In this document: in pieces, positions 61,686 to 64,000 of the stretch
Layout of the letters: every line of letters begins with the position of its first letter
Position numbering within the stretch: the first letter of the stretch is position 1
DNA from: Macrostomum hystrix
Lineage: Eukaryota > Animalia > Platyhelminthes
DNA length: 64,000 nucleotides
Direction: 5' to 3'
Assembly (NCBI GenBank): GCA_950097015.1
Contig: CATNEN010000003.1
Span: 8,556,001 to 8,620,000 of the forward strand
Notes under the pieces: generated by a model
What the model saw: the letters and a program-made list of their open reading frames with translations, nothing else
What the model was told of the DNA's origin: nothing
Database searches by the model: none
Program-made: the position numbers and the translations under genes

Positions 61686-62540
61686 TTTCTATAAAACGGT
61701 TTCCAGCATTCATCTCTCAAAAGGTCTTTATTATTTACAAAAAGATTTAAAGCACTTAGCAGTAGATTTATTAGTCTATTATTCTAATAGATAATTTTCG
61801 AAATCCTGCCTTAAGCAAACTCAAATTTTGTTGCATCATTAATATTTGTCAGCACGTCACCCCGAGCACAATGTTCCACTCGGGGTCTATGTGGCATTCT
61901 GTTAAGCGTCTCACAAAATGACACAGAGTGCCAGACAAGGCAATGTAATGGACAGCGGAAGACTTGCTTGGGGTCAATTATCGTTGAGTATAGGAGATTT
62001 GGGATCAAATTCTCAGATCACCTAATTCTATAGACTAATATAACTGCTAAAATGTCTTCTAAAAGAAATTCTTAGACAGACGGCCAGTGGGCGGGGATGA
62101 ATCTCGGGGAGGGTTTGAGTCGTGTCTCCTGAAGCAGGTGTGCTCAAACTATTATAGCAGCTCAAAATCCTCCAACCCACCCCAGATCAAAGCCCGCAGC
62201 AATGCCCACAGGCATATAAATTGAGTTTATTCTCACTGATATGAATGGACACCGGTTGATCCTCTAGTTTGATATCGCAATCTTCCTCAAAACTCTCTCC
62301 CTGTCTCCCTGTCTGTCTTCACTTTCCGATTCCCTTTTCAGCCCCGTGAGGATACGCAGTCGGATGTCCAGTAATTATATCCCAATTTTGTAGCAGAAAG
62401 GGAGAATAATGGCAATAAAATAGCTGGGAATCGGGTCATCAGATCAAACACGCAGGTCGCATGAAATCCCAGTTACAAATAAATCTACTGTGGAAAATAC
62501 TCTGCTCGTCGATTTTTGAATTAGTCAGAAAAAAATGAAA

Positions 62541-62895
62541 ATAATTGCAGGAGGGCTGCGGGCAATGGCACATCATTTGGTGACACTAGACCTGCAGCCA
62601 GCGAGGAGGCAATTCTGCCCATTCCGCTGACTCCTGAGCACACACGCACACAGATACTGTACGCAGGCACACGCTCACACAGGTGTGTACATCTGCCCTG
62701 ACTTTCTCATCGTCAGGCATTGAACACCCTCACTGTGCCTTGGAGGTTGGTCCTCAGTAGCGTAAATTGCACGACAAGCCCCCAAAGCCTTCTCTACGCG
62801 GCTGCGCCCCAAATTAATGTGGCCTCGCCGCGGAATCGAGCTCAGGGACCTTGGCGCGAGAGGCAAAAGCGCCAACCGATCTGCCACCGACCCCC
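62541..62895 (-). mobile_element. Full-length tRNA-derived SINE B
   Basis: Most complete copy; used as the reference for the family. Confidence 0.9.
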
Positions 62896-63457
62896 TACTC
62901 AGTCAGTAAAAGAAAGCCAAAACTTCAGGTTAAACTTGCTTCGACTCAAAGGCAAAAATTATTTCTAGTGTGATTGGCTTTTTCCATTTGTTGAAGCAGA
63001 AGACGCCAGGTGCAGCAGCCAGATGCCCTTCATTCCGCCTCCGGGTTTGGGGCGGAAATCTTCTCAACTGCGCAGGAGTCGGCCCAGTTTCATTTCGTCC
63101 CCATCGCAGTTCCATCAATACACGCACAGAATGCACACTTCACTGAGCACAGGAGAATTGACAAAAAACTCTGACACCGAAATAAGCAGCACTGGAGCCA
63201 ATAATTTGATGGCAAACAAAGGCATAAAGATCTGAGTTCCCCTATATGCGAAATATCCATCACTTTCTTCAACAAAAAGTGTCAACTCATGATTAGAGTG
63301 TAGCAGACAGTGATCTAAAATAATTACAGAATTTTCTTAATCAAAATTAAACGGCATTGTTTTATCGGATAGCAGAATCCCCCGTCAGGCTGAAAAGCAA
63401 AGGGCTGTAAAAACTGCTAAGTATCTGGACCCTGACCCCTTCCAACACTTGCTATCG

Positions 63458-64000
63458 TTCGTCTCATCTCTCCCTTGTCTCATCTCTCCCTTGTCTCACC
63501 TCTCCCGAGTCTCATCTCTCCCGAGTCTCATCTCTCCCGTGTCTTATCTCTCCCATGTCTCATCTCTCCCTTATCTCATCTCTCCCTTATCTCATCTCTC
63601 CCGTGTCTCATCTCTCCCTGTTTCATCTCTCCCTTGTCTCACCTCTCCCGAGTCTCATCTCTCCCGTGTCTTATCTCTCCCGTGTCTCAGCACTCCCGTG
63701 TCTCATCTCTCCCGAGTCTCATCTCTCCCGAGTCTCATCTCTCCCGTGTCTCATCTCTCCCTGTTTCATCTCTCCCTTGTCTCACCTCTCCCGAGTCTCA
63801 TCTCTCCCGTGTCTTATCTCTCCCGTGTCTCATCTCTCCCTGTCTCATCTCTCCCTGTCTCATCCCTCTCCTGTCTCATCCATCCCTTGTCTCATCTCTC
63901 CCGTGTCTCATCTCTCCCTGTTTCATCTCTCCCTGTCTCAACTCTCTCATGTGCCATCTCTCCCCTGTCTCACCTCTCCCCTGTCTCATCTCTCCCCTGT
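63458..64000. repeat. 16-bp minisatellite (TGTCTCATCTCTCCCG)n, same family as the MITE internal repeat
   Basis: Runs off the end of the window. Confidence 0.9.

Noticed and set aside
62088-62210. Imperfect inverted repeat resembling a decayed MITE
   Set aside because: Weak pairing and no TSD.
62590-62670. HDV-like ribozyme in SINE B (GCCUCCUCGCUGGC is identical to HDV P3/L3, and a 7-bp P1 is possible)
   Set aside because: No GG for P1.1 after P1, no J4/2-P2 downstream, and a simple local hairpin explains the sequence.
62690-62725. Minimal hammerhead (CUGACGA..GAAA-GUC) in SINE B
   Set aside because: No helix II and helix I does not pair in register; a plain hairpin fits better.

Overview
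Eukaryotic (metazoan) genomic DNA with spliceosomal introns, SINEs, LINEs and many minisatellites. Composition and the density of intronic minisatellites suggest a free-living flatworm such as Macrostomum, but this is inference only. From left to right: a compact minus-strand cluster URI1 -> STAT-like -> RNASEH2C (operon candidate); a divergently transcribed 13-exon secreted EGF/laminin-G gene (pikachurin/EGFLAM-like, 11861-45085) whose introns carry distinct minisatellites, two tRNA-derived SINE families, a hAT-type MITE and a full-length intact LOA/I-group LINE (22812-29258, 14-bp TSD) inserted inside a SINE; a tandem pair of divergent TRPV5/6-like channel genes separated by a decayed RTE-like LINE; and an intronless INSM1/nerfin-type zinc-finger gene. 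The most unusual object is the LINE 5' UTR: a folded leader, about 6.4 structured 97-nt monomers with covarying hairpins and a partial twister-ribozyme-like signature, and a strong splice acceptor 2 nt before the ORF1 ATG.
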